From positions 1 to 40,903 of the forward strand of contig DATMMY010000274.1 in NCBI GenBank assembly GCA_035569515.1: 40,903 nucleotides of DNA, in the 5' to 3' direction. The DNA comes from Candidatus Solibacter sp. (GTDB lineage Bacteria; Acidobacteriota; Terriglobia; Terriglobales; Acidobacteriaceae). This document shows, piece by piece, positions 9,515 to 18,075 of the stretch. Both the position numbers and the translations under genes were made by a program. The first letter of the stretch is position 1. Each line of letters starts with the position of its first letter. The notes under the pieces were generated by a model, which saw only the letters and a list, made by a program, of their open reading frames with translations, had not been told where the DNA came from and searched no databases.

Positions 9515-10816
9515 TTAATTAACCGCCCGCAGAAAAGGGCTGGCTGATGTTGCCAGCTTTACGCGGGCCTCATTCACGCGGGTTCTTGAAGGCTGCCATC
9601 CCAGATGCTGCCACACGGCCCGCATGGATTCCTTGCCTTCGGCATGGTCAACTATCTCTTTCAGCGCCAGTTCCGGCCGTGACAAAGGATAAGGAATGCT
9701 CTTCGGCGACAGCCTGAAACTCCCGTGCTCGTCCCGAACGAAGTTCCTCTGGAGCGTCCTGGCCGGCGCCCACGCCGCCGCCATGAACGCATCGCATACT
9801 TCCTGCTCGCTTTTTCGCGGAAAAGGACTGTTCTGGCGCTGGAGATAGAACCAGAGCATTGGCGACTGATCATTCAGCAGAAGGTTGCCCATCTGCCATC
9901 GCATAACATCCGGCAGCTTTTCATACGTCTCACGCAACGGAAAATCGTCACAGTCCAGGTCCCATGAGCAAGGCAGGTTGCGATATTTCATTAAGGGACT
10001 GACGGTGGGTATGAGCAACTCCAATCCGGCCGCTTTCGCCAGCGAGGCAAGAGATTCCACGGTGTAGGTGTGTTCCACTGGCTGAATGAGCAGATCAGCG
10101 ATATCCGATTCCGATCGCTCTTCAAGTGATGTGAGCCATTGCCCCATCGGTGTATTGCCGGGCACGCTCTTGATCAACGCTCTGGCGATTTCAATATCAT
10201 CGCTGAAATCAGCCCGTCCAGCCTGCTTACCCAAAATTTGTACAGCTTCCTGAAAAGCAATCGGCAATGTCCTGTGATAGCTGTTATAAACCATCAACTC
10301 CAGGATCCCGTCAGGCTTCAATGCCGCCGCAAGCGTAGAAAGAGCAGCCGCCGGGTCGGCATTGTGGTGGATGACGCCGGTGCAGAGGATGTAGTCAAAA
10401 TGATCGCGGTCAGCCCCGGCGGCAATACTCTGTTGCCTGAGGGTAAGGTTCTCAACATTAATGGAACCTGCCACTCGGCTCGACAATTCCAACGTAGCCG
10501 CCGAAAGGTCGGTGCCAAGCACTGAGGCCTCAGGAAATCGCAGTGCAGTCTGGATGGCCTGATTCGTTCCGCAGCCAACTACCCATATCTTCGAGTCCCT
10601 TGGCAATCGCCGATGGGTGAAGTCTCCGATGCTCTGACAAAGCATTACCCGTTCAAAATCGGGGTCCTCAAGATAATCGAACTTCGCCGCCAGCGGCGGA
10701 TACGGAAACCGGCTGTAGAATTCAGCATTGAGCCGATCGACGCTCTCTACGGATGCGAGGGGATTCTCCTGGCCGATCCGCTCACTAAGATGGGTATTGG
10801 GAGCGAAACTTGTCAT
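9515..10816 (-). CDS. Class I SAM-dependent methyltransferase with a C-terminal extension of about 170 aa
   Basis: Glycine-rich motif I KIWVVGCGTNQ followed by the acidic LGTDLS; FDYILCTGVIHH and the ILELMVY post-motifs. 433 aa. ATG at 10816. Confidence 0.75.
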   Translation of the reverse strand: MTSFAPNTHLSERIGQENPLASVESVDRLNAEFYSRFPYPPLAAKFDYLEDPDFERVMLCQSIGDFTHRRLPRDSKIWVVGCGTNQAIQTALRFPEASVLGTDLSAATLELSSRVAGSINVENLTLRQQSIAAGADRDHFDYILCTGVIHHNADPAAALSTLAAALKPDGILELMVYNSYHRTLPIAFQEAVQILGKQAGRADFSDDIEIARALIKSVPGNTPMGQWLTSLEERSESDIADLLIQPVEHTYTVESLASLAKAAGLELLIPTVSPLMKYRNLPCSWDLDCDDFPLRETYEKLPDVMRWQMGNLLLNDQSPMLWFYLQRQNSPFPRKSEQEVCDAFMAAAWAPARTLQRNFVRDEHGSFRLSPKSIPYPLSRPELALKEIVDHAEGKESMRAVWQHLGWQPSRTRVNEARVKLATSASPFLRAVN

Positions 10817-10882
10817 AAGAAGTACATCAGATCCAGAGGCATATCGGCGCTGCCAGCGCCGATGACGTCCATAGAGCGCTCT

Positions 10883-13800
10883 CTACCGGGACTGCGTCGC
10901 TGCCAGGGACTTAGCGGAGATAGCCGGAATCGCCGCCGCTGCTGGAACTCCTTTGCTCATCGAGTCTTCGATGACATGGGCAAGGGCTTCAATGGTTGGG
11001 AGCTGAAACAGCCGTGGCAGGGGGATATCAATCGCAAATTCCTTTCGCACGCGAGCAATCATGCGCATAGCGAGAAGTGAATGGCCGCCGAGCCTGAAGA
11101 AGTTATCGGTGGCGCCCACTTGCTCGATATTTAGCACTGACGCCCAGATCCGCGCGAGCGCAGTCTCGACTTCACCAACGGGCGCTCTGAAATCCGTCTT
11201 GGCTTCCGAGGAGGTGGCGCCAGGATCCCGGAGCGCATCGCGGTCAAGTTTTCCATTTGCGTTGAGGGGCAGCGCCTCAAGACCAACATACGATACCGGA
11301 ATCATATATTCCGGCAAACGGGAAGCCAGAAACTCCTGCAGCGCTGAAGGAGCAGGGCTCTGCGCTCCGGATGGCACGAAATACGCTACAAGCCTGGTAT
11401 TTCCAGGGTCTTTGAAAGCTTTTATCACAGCTTCCTTTACGCCCGGATATTCCTGCAATGCGGCCGCGATCTCGCCCAGTTCAACGCGGAATCCGCGAAC
11501 TTTCACCTGATGATCAACGCGCCCCGCGTACTCGAGCGAGCCGTCCGGCAGATGCCGGACCAGGTCCCCGGTCCGATACAACCGCTCTCCCGGCTTCGCG
11601 GCAAACGGGTGCGGAACAAATCGCTCCGCCGTCAGCGGCGCTGCTCCCCAGTATCCGCGCGCCACTCCATATCCGCCAATGCATAATTCGCCGGTCGCCC
11701 CTGGAAGCACCAGTTGAAGGGACTCTTCCAGAACGTATACCTGTACATTGGTGAGAGGCCGGCCAATCGACACTTGCGCGTCCGCCTTGATTGCAACTGC
11801 CGTGCTGTCTACGGTGCATTCGGTAGGGCCATAGACATTGTAGAAAGTCGTCTGCCGGCTGGACGCCAGCTTACCCCAGAGCTGATCATCAATGGCTTCG
11901 CCGCCAATCAAAGCAATCGAGGGTGCGTACGCCTGGTCGCTTTCCAGGCCTGCTTCGAGCAGAACGCTGAGGTGAGAAGGCGTGCAGTCGAGAACGTCAA
12001 TTCGCTGCTCGCGAATGTACTCGACGAACGCGTGCGGTGTCGTGCGCACGGCTTCAGGAATCAAATGAAGCTCATGGCCGCCCAACAGGGTCACGAGTTG
12101 CTTGACCGAAGCGTCAAATGAGATTGGGGCATTGACGGTAACTTTCAGAGGCCCTGTTGCGCGGCAATACACCTCGCGTTGCAGTGCGCGCCATAGATTG
12201 ATCACCGAGCGGTGTTGCACCATTACGCCTTTGGGCCTGCCCGTGGATCCAGATGTGTAGATGATATAGGCCACGTTCTCCGGCGCCGCTTTGATCTCGC
12301 GCGGTGGCGCCCCGTCATGTAGCTGCTGCGCCGGGTCGTCCACATAGATGATTTGAGCCTGGGAATCAGCCAGGTATTCGCGGAACTTCCTTTGCGTAAC
12401 CACGACCGGGGTGCGTGTTTCCGAAAGGACGTGCTCGACGCGCTCTTTTACCGGGTAAGCCGTCTCCAGTGGCACATACGCGCCACCAGCCTTGAGAATC
12501 GCCAGGAGCCCGACGATCATTTCCACCGACGGCTCGATGAACAGACAGACCGGCACGTCTGGCCTGAGCCCTAACTTGCGGAGCCGCTGGGCCAGCAAAG
12601 ACGCCTTGCCGTGCAGCTGCTGATAGGTCAGCTTATCTTGGCCACAGACCACCGCAATTGCGTTGGGGGAACGCTCGGACTGCTCATCGAATAATTCGTG
12701 CACACACCGGCTGGCTTCGAACGGCTCGCTGGTGCTATTCCAATCGACAAGCAGCAGACGCCGGTCCTCGGCCCCCAGGCTATTGATATGCGCAACCGGT
12801 TCGTTCGGGCGGCCGGCAATGAATTCACAAAAAGACTCGAACTGGCTGGCCAGCCTCTCCACATGCTGGCGCGTCAACGATCCGGAATGGTAGACGAGTG
12901 TTCCGCCAATTTCGGCGCCAGTGTGAAAGCAATCCAGCTTTAACTCGAAGGGATAGGTATCGGCGCGCTGGGTCCGAATTTTGAACCGTATTTCACCCGC
13001 CGCGGGCGACGATGTTTCGCCGGTAAAGGAATATCCGAACGGGCCCAGTGTCGTGGCTTGGGTGTCCGTGGGGGTTGGAGGAGTGTAATAGTTTTGCCAG
13101 AGCGCCGCCTGCTCCAGACTCTCACATGCGCGCCCAATGGCGTAATGCAAGTCGGCGTCGGCGGAAAGTTGCATGGTTACGGGCACCGCCTGCGCGTAAG
13201 GCCCCATACCGGTGCGGAACTCTTCGTATGGGCGGCCGTCCATCACCACGCCGACATTCAATATTGAAGGCCCGGTGAGGCGATAAAGAAAGAGGCTCCA
13301 GCAAGCCAGCAGCAAGGCCTCAAGCGACTGCGCGGCAGCCGGCTTCAGCGCAAACAGGTTTCTGGAGACTTCCGGCGACAACCGGAATGAAACAAAACCA
13401 AGTGGCAGTGCTGCGCGCGCAGGCCGTTGCCCGGTAAGCCGCAATTCTCCCTTGCCATTGGCGGCCTGCTGCCGCCAGTAGGTTCGGCCTTGCTGCGTGA
13501 GGTCGTCGCTCTCGCTAGTGATCTCCTCACGCCAAGATGCGTATTCCACATATTGCAAAGGAGGATCAGCTTCCGCCGCCATCGGCCTCTCGTACTCTTC
13601 CGCCACTTCACGAATAATTTGCCGTAAAGTCGCGTAGTCGGCGAAAGTCCCTGGCGCACTGATAATTAGAGCGTGCCGGACTGCCGCCAGCGGGACGAGT
13701 GTTGCCCGCACAGGGTACTCGGGCTCGGCTGTGTTTGGTTCTGCCGCCCCAACCTCGATCAGTTGGTCGCTCCCCTGCTGTCCTTCTTCTAACCGCCAGA

Positions 13801-14065
13801 CCGCCGCATCAAACCGGTCCCATGCGATCTCCTTGGATACCTCTTGAACCGGGAATTTCAACCCAGGTACTGGCACGAGCCGGGAACGCAGAATTTCGTG
13901 CCGCCGGACGACCTGTTGCAAGGCCCGCCGCAGACGCGCGTGATCAAGTGCGCCTTCAACATCCCAGGTAATCTGCACATGCGGCAACTGCGTGGAACTG
14001 CGAAAAGCCCATGCACTTTTCTGCTGTGGCGACAAACCGTACAAATCAGGAGTGATCGATGACAT
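10883..14065 (-). CDS. NRPS2: C-like domain lacking catalytic histidines, then A, then T
   Basis: C1-like LSPQQKSAW and C2-like RRHEILRSRL, but SAPGTFAD in place of HHxxxDG. A domain: AYIIYTSGSTGRPKG, FDASVKQ, NVYGPTE, YRTGD, ANGKLDR. T domain: FFRLGGHSLL. ATG at 14065, 17 nt after the stop of the upstream gene. Confidence 0.95.
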   Translation of the reverse strand: MSSITPDLYGLSPQQKSAWAFRSSTQLPHVQITWDVEGALDHARLRRALQQVVRRHEILRSRLVPVPGLKFPVQEVSKEIAWDRFDAAVWRLEEGQQGSDQLIEVGAAEPNTAEPEYPVRATLVPLAAVRHALIISAPGTFADYATLRQIIREVAEEYERPMAAEADPPLQYVEYASWREEITSESDDLTQQGRTYWRQQAANGKGELRLTGQRPARAALPLGFVSFRLSPEVSRNLFALKPAAAQSLEALLLACWSLFLYRLTGPSILNVGVVMDGRPYEEFRTGMGPYAQAVPVTMQLSADADLHYAIGRACESLEQAALWQNYYTPPTPTDTQATTLGPFGYSFTGETSSPAAGEIRFKIRTQRADTYPFELKLDCFHTGAEIGGTLVYHSGSLTRQHVERLASQFESFCEFIAGRPNEPVAHINSLGAEDRRLLLVDWNSTSEPFEASRCVHELFDEQSERSPNAIAVVCGQDKLTYQQLHGKASLLAQRLRKLGLRPDVPVCLFIEPSVEMIVGLLAILKAGGAYVPLETAYPVKERVEHVLSETRTPVVVTQRKFREYLADSQAQIIYVDDPAQQLHDGAPPREIKAAPENVAYIIYTSGSTGRPKGVMVQHRSVINLWRALQREVYCRATGPLKVTVNAPISFDASVKQLVTLLGGHELHLIPEAVRTTPHAFVEYIREQRIDVLDCTPSHLSVLLEAGLESDQAYAPSIALIGGEAIDDQLWGKLASSRQTTFYNVYGPTECTVDSTAVAIKADAQVSIGRPLTNVQVYVLEESLQLVLPGATGELCIGGYGVARGYWGAAPLTAERFVPHPFAAKPGERLYRTGDLVRHLPDGSLEYAGRVDHQVKVRGFRVELGEIAAALQEYPGVKEAVIKAFKDPGNTRLVAYFVPSGAQSPAPSALQEFLASRLPEYMIPVSYVGLEALPLNANGKLDRDALRDPGATSSEAKTDFRAPVGEVETALARIWASVLNIEQVGATDNFFRLGGHSLLAMRMIARVRKEFAIDIPLPRLFQLPTIEALAHVIEDSMSKGVPAAAAIPAISAKSLAATQSR
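13637..13660 (-). other. Degenerate active-site motif of the NRPS2 C-like domain (SAPGTFAD instead of HHxxxDG)
   Basis: The reverse complement reads AGT GCG CCA GGG ACT TTC GCC GAC. Aligning on the conserved Asp places Pro-Gly where His-His is expected. Confidence 0.7.
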
Positions 14066-14082
14066 AGGTCTACCTTCTCTTA

Positions 14083-17000
14083 TTAATGTTGGCCAACCAC
14101 CATTGCCTGCTGGGCCTGGCTGTTCACAGAGGATTCGGCCATGATGACCAGGATCTTACGGGCCCCGGCAAAACTATCGCGGCCATGGGCAATCGCCATG
14201 TTATCCACGAACACGACATCGCCTTGCTGCCAGGGCAGGCGGATCGCCACCTTATCGTAGGTTTCCCGAATGTGATCAAGCATCCGGCTTTCGATAGGTG
14301 TTCCATCGCCGAAGTAGGTATTGCGCGGCAATCCTTCCTCGCCCAGTTCCGCTAGCAATGATTCCCGCAGGTTCGACTCAAGGTTCGAGGCATGGAAAAG
14401 ATGTGCGTGGTTGAACCAGATCTCCGTCCCTTTGGAGGGGTGCTTGATAATGGCCGGCGCTATGCGGGTCGTTCTCAGGCGATCGCGGCTGAGCCATTCC
14501 CATTGGGTATTCGCAGCGCGGCAGTATTCCTCGACTTCCGCCGGATTGTTGGTACCAAACACTTCCTGCCATGGCAGATCGACGCCCCCGCCATAGTTTC
14601 TGACGTACATTATCTTCTTCTCGCGGAATATCTCCCGGACAACCGGATCAAGCGCTTTCAGAAAGTCCTGATCGTCGGCAAGCGGCGTCAGTCCACCCTG
14701 TTGGGCTGGAGTCTGGCAGAAGAAGAAAACCTTCATTGGCCACTTGTAAGAGAACGCGTTTTCATGATGCATCGGAATCGGATATTCCGGAGGATACTCG
14801 GTTGAGGTATAGACCCGTTGTGCAACCTCTATCCTCGGGGCGGCCCGCTCCGAAAATTCCAGCATCTCGTCTGTAAAGCAACCTGCAAACCGGCGGAAGT
14901 CATCTTGGTTCGCAAGTCCGAACCCGCGAAACAGCAGAGCGCCATGAACTTCGAGGAGATTATTCATTTGGGTCCGATTCGAGCTGGCCCACTCAAAAGC
15001 ATCCAGATCGGGCGTTGCCGGTTGAACAACCAGGGGTAGACGATAGTCGGTGCCTTCCGGGGTGCCGAAGTGAACGAGATTGCGGTCGACTTGCAGCGGC
15101 ACACGCCGCCGTTCGAACCGGCGGGCCGCCGATGGTGACGCCGCGGGAGCGGAGTTCGCCGCGCTCTGCTGGCTCGCCTGGTTTAGGATTTTTTGCCAAA
15201 TCGTATCGGTGCCGCTTTCTTCAGCTTTGCGCCATTCCTCAATCCTGGAGGCAGCGTTGGGGGCACAGCGCACTGTCGCCCACACTTGATTCCCTTTCAT
15301 CAATAGCCTTACGGCAATGGCACCGGAGTGCGGTAGATCATCTTCAACCATGAACCCTTCGGGTTTCCAATCATCGCTTCCCGTCCACGGCTCAGCCGTT
15401 GCATATTCGAGAGTTATTGATACTGCTGCTCCCGCTTTTCGCCGGCGGAGTGCAAAAGCTTCGTGCAACTCCTTCTTCAGATTTCGCAAGTCGTCAACTA
15501 TGTTGGAGCCAGCTTCAGGCAACGACACCGTATATGTTGCGTGGAGTGGTCCACATGTATCTGCCAGATTGGGTTGCAGCATCCGGAGATCCGCGCAACA
15601 GTCAACCGTTTCGCCGCCGGTGAGGGAAAGCGCTCGAACCACGCCTCCAAAGAGCAGCTCTGTGAATGAAACCCCAATGCTCTTGAGTAACTTCGGGGTA
15701 AAGCTCTTGACCAGATCGGCCTGGAGGGCAACCGTCTCTATGCGATTGGAACTATCAGGCCGGCTGTCCGAAGCAAGGGTGTTAGATTGCTCTTCCCATA
15801 CCGCAGACCGGGAAAACAGATAGTCGCGATAGGTTATTTCGCGGGGCCGGAAAGTCACTTTATGTCCATTCGCCAGTTGCTCGTATACGCGGACCAGGTC
15901 CTCAAGCAGTAATATGGCCGTCCTGCTGTCGGCGATGGCCGGGTGAATGGCCAGGGCAACACAGGCTGAATCAGGTCCATTTATGGCCGTCACTTGCAAC
16001 GACTCGCCCGCGATCGGCTTCATCTCCCGGCAAGCAGGCCGCGCAACTTCGTTGAGTGCCGCGAGATCGGGCTCGACTGCCTGCTCAGCATAGTTCACGA
16101 TTCGCGATAAAGCGCCCTCGGGTAGCGAAGCGACACGGATCCCACCGTCAATCACGTCGTATTGCAGAATGTCGTTGTAGAGAATCAGGGCTTCGGTTGC
16201 CTGCCGCAAAATCTCCTGATCAAGCCTCTTCGATACCCGAACTCCATACATCACGCCGGACTGCGCATCGTACCTCGCCACCGCAGGCGCCGGAACCGTC
16301 ACAGTGCGCTCGTGTTGCCCCACACTGAACGGCTTGCGCGTGATCTGCGTGCCTTCAAAGAACTCTTTCGCGAGTGGATACAATGCCTGCCAACGTGCCT
16401 CAGCCTCATAGCGCGCTTGTAGTGTATGCAGATTGGGAATGCCCAGCTCCGTCGCCAGATCATTAATCCGTCGCAACCGGTCAAACTTGACCGCGCGGGG
16501 CGGGTCGCTGTTCACAATCTCCCACTGCTGGAACTTGATGGCCTTTCTCACTCGCTCGGAATAAAGCGGATAGCAGCGGTGTATCCGCGACCAAACCTGT
16601 CCGTACGGATAGTAGTAGTAATAGTGAACATCCAGTTCGTAGATATACCGATGATGTTCGCGGATAAAGTCGATGGTTTCCTGGAAATCCTCCTCGGTTT
16701 CTCCGGGAAAGCCGACGATCCACAGGGTCGTCACGCGAATGCCCGCATTGGCAAGCGTTTTGATTGCCTTGGAAATTCCTGCGGGCGTCGTCTGCTTCTG
16801 CATTGCCTTAAGGACTTTCTCGGAAGCACTCTCAATTCCGAGCCGGGTGCGGACGCATCCGGAGCGGGCCCATCTCGCCACTTTTTGTTTGTCAGTCGCG
16901 ATCTTGTCGGCCCGAAGGTAGCCGTCGTAGAGGACCGGTGCGCCCTGACGAAGCAAAGAAGTCGAAAGATCTTCGATATATGGATTCATCAGCGAGTCGC

Positions 17001-18003
17001 CCATGAAGAACGTTTTGTTCTCATAGTGCGTTGCCAGCTCGATCATCTGCTGCGCAAGAATTCCCGCCGGTTTTTTGCGATACCCGCCCCACTGGACTGT
17101 TTCCGAACAGAAACTGCATTGAAAAGGACAGCTCCTCGCCCCTTCGATACAAAGATGGAGATAATCCGGGAGGTGGAAGTCGGTGTAGTCGGGAATCCGC
17201 AGCTCAGCGGGGTTTAAAGCGGTGGAACCTACGCGCTCACGCATGAGCAAACGTTCCCCTCGCAGCTTTCCATTGAGCAGATCATGGAACAACACCTCGC
17301 CTTCTCCCATGACGATATGATCGACAAACGTGAATTCCTCAAGCAGGGCAGCAAGGTTGTCGGAACCATCGGCCAGATCGTCGGCGAAGACGCCGCCCCC
17401 CATCACCGTCATCCGATCGGGATAAAGTTCTTTGACCCGCTTCAGGATGTAAAGGGATGGTCCGAGAGAAGTCGAATACGTGCTGGTACCTACGACCGCA
17501 AATGATTTGAGGTCGACCTCCGTGGTAATGATCCTCTCAATATCGCGGAACAGGCGAGTCACGATGGGGACGAGGCCGTTGACGACTTCCGCCTTGGGCT
17601 TTAATTCGTAGACTGTCAGAATCTCATTCAGCAAGGCGGCGCAGTCGCCGGGGCCGGCGCCATTAAGGTGCGCCATCATGTGCGCTTGCAGTATGTACCA
17701 GAGATTCGTGTATCCATGCTGCACTGAGAGCCCTTCCAAATGCTGCAGCAATTCGAAATACTTGTGGTGCGCGACCCAGATGTCCGGAATTGTATTGAAG
17801 TCAAAGCACTTGACATGATAGCCGTGTTGCTCCAGATAGGACTTCAGCACGGAGATGCCCAGCGGCGGCGTATACGGCGTGTAGAAGGGTGGCAGTAAAA
17901 GCAGGATATTGCTCCCGCTTGGCACGGGCTCCCCGTGGCGTATGTCTTGAACTTTATGCTCATCCCCATTGCGAATTGAGCTCACTTCCACGTGCATCTC
18001 CAT
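14083..18003 (-). CDS. Three-part fusion: B12-binding radical SAM (aa ~30-550), degenerate condensation-like domain (aa ~570-930), TauD/TfdA Fe(II)/2-oxoglutarate dioxygenase (aa ~965-1290)
   Basis: Uninterrupted 1306-codon ORF. ATG at 18003 follows a strong AAGGAG Shine-Dalgarno 6 nt upstream. N-terminus: ILLLLPPFYTPYTPPLGISVLKSYLEQHGYHV (B12-binding-like) and CPFQCSFC. Middle: ALAIHPAIADSRTAILLLEDLVRVYEQL, a C-domain-like context around a degenerate HHxxxDG. C-terminus: PMHHENA and DNMAIAHGR, a His/Glu/His facial triad as in SyrP-like enzymes. Confidence 0.9.
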   Translation of the reverse strand: MEMHVEVSSIRNGDEHKVQDIRHGEPVPSGSNILLLLPPFYTPYTPPLGISVLKSYLEQHGYHVKCFDFNTIPDIWVAHHKYFELLQHLEGLSVQHGYTNLWYILQAHMMAHLNGAGPGDCAALLNEILTVYELKPKAEVVNGLVPIVTRLFRDIERIITTEVDLKSFAVVGTSTYSTSLGPSLYILKRVKELYPDRMTVMGGGVFADDLADGSDNLAALLEEFTFVDHIVMGEGEVLFHDLLNGKLRGERLLMRERVGSTALNPAELRIPDYTDFHLPDYLHLCIEGARSCPFQCSFCSETVQWGGYRKKPAGILAQQMIELATHYENKTFFMGDSLMNPYIEDLSTSLLRQGAPVLYDGYLRADKIATDKQKVARWARSGCVRTRLGIESASEKVLKAMQKQTTPAGISKAIKTLANAGIRVTTLWIVGFPGETEEDFQETIDFIREHHRYIYELDVHYYYYYPYGQVWSRIHRCYPLYSERVRKAIKFQQWEIVNSDPPRAVKFDRLRRINDLATELGIPNLHTLQARYEAEARWQALYPLAKEFFEGTQITRKPFSVGQHERTVTVPAPAVARYDAQSGVMYGVRVSKRLDQEILRQATEALILYNDILQYDVIDGGIRVASLPEGALSRIVNYAEQAVEPDLAALNEVARPACREMKPIAGESLQVTAINGPDSACVALAIHPAIADSRTAILLLEDLVRVYEQLANGHKVTFRPREITYRDYLFSRSAVWEEQSNTLASDSRPDSSNRIETVALQADLVKSFTPKLLKSIGVSFTELLFGGVVRALSLTGGETVDCCADLRMLQPNLADTCGPLHATYTVSLPEAGSNIVDDLRNLKKELHEAFALRRRKAGAAVSITLEYATAEPWTGSDDWKPEGFMVEDDLPHSGAIAVRLLMKGNQVWATVRCAPNAASRIEEWRKAEESGTDTIWQKILNQASQQSAANSAPAASPSAARRFERRRVPLQVDRNLVHFGTPEGTDYRLPLVVQPATPDLDAFEWASSNRTQMNNLLEVHGALLFRGFGLANQDDFRRFAGCFTDEMLEFSERAAPRIEVAQRVYTSTEYPPEYPIPMHHENAFSYKWPMKVFFFCQTPAQQGGLTPLADDQDFLKALDPVVREIFREKKIMYVRNYGGGVDLPWQEVFGTNNPAEVEEYCRAANTQWEWLSRDRLRTTRIAPAIIKHPSKGTEIWFNHAHLFHASNLESNLRESLLAELGEEGLPRNTYFGDGTPIESRMLDHIRETYDKVAIRLPWQQGDVVFVDNMAIAHGRDSFAGARKILVIMAESSVNSQAQQAMVVGQH
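15925..15951 (-). other. Degenerate HHxxxDG-equivalent (AIHPAIADS) in the middle domain of the fusion
   Basis: The reverse complement reads GCC ATT CAC CCG GCC ATC GCC GAC AGC. Only one His is present and the His-to-Asp spacing is off by one relative to the canonical motif. Confidence 0.6.
17107..17130 (-). other. CxxxCxxC radical SAM motif of the fusion protein
   Basis: The reverse complement reads TGT CCT TTT CAA TGC AGT TTC TGT, which is C P F Q C S F C (aa 292-299). Confidence 0.9.
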
Positions 18004-18075
18004 ATCAACTCCTTACGTGTCGAACAAAATTGTCAGCGGGTAAACGGTGCCCCGCATACGTTACTTGAAGGGATT

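Noticed and set aside
16426-17217. 263-aa plus-strand ORF, and many similar 60-220-aa ORFs on the opposite strand or in other frames across 3255-22185.
   Set aside because: They lie entirely inside, and antisense or out of frame to, long minus-strand genes that carry unmistakable NRPS, radical SAM and TauD motifs. Their translations are Arg/Pro/Ser/Ala-rich and low in complexity, as expected for shadow ORFs in GC-rich DNA.
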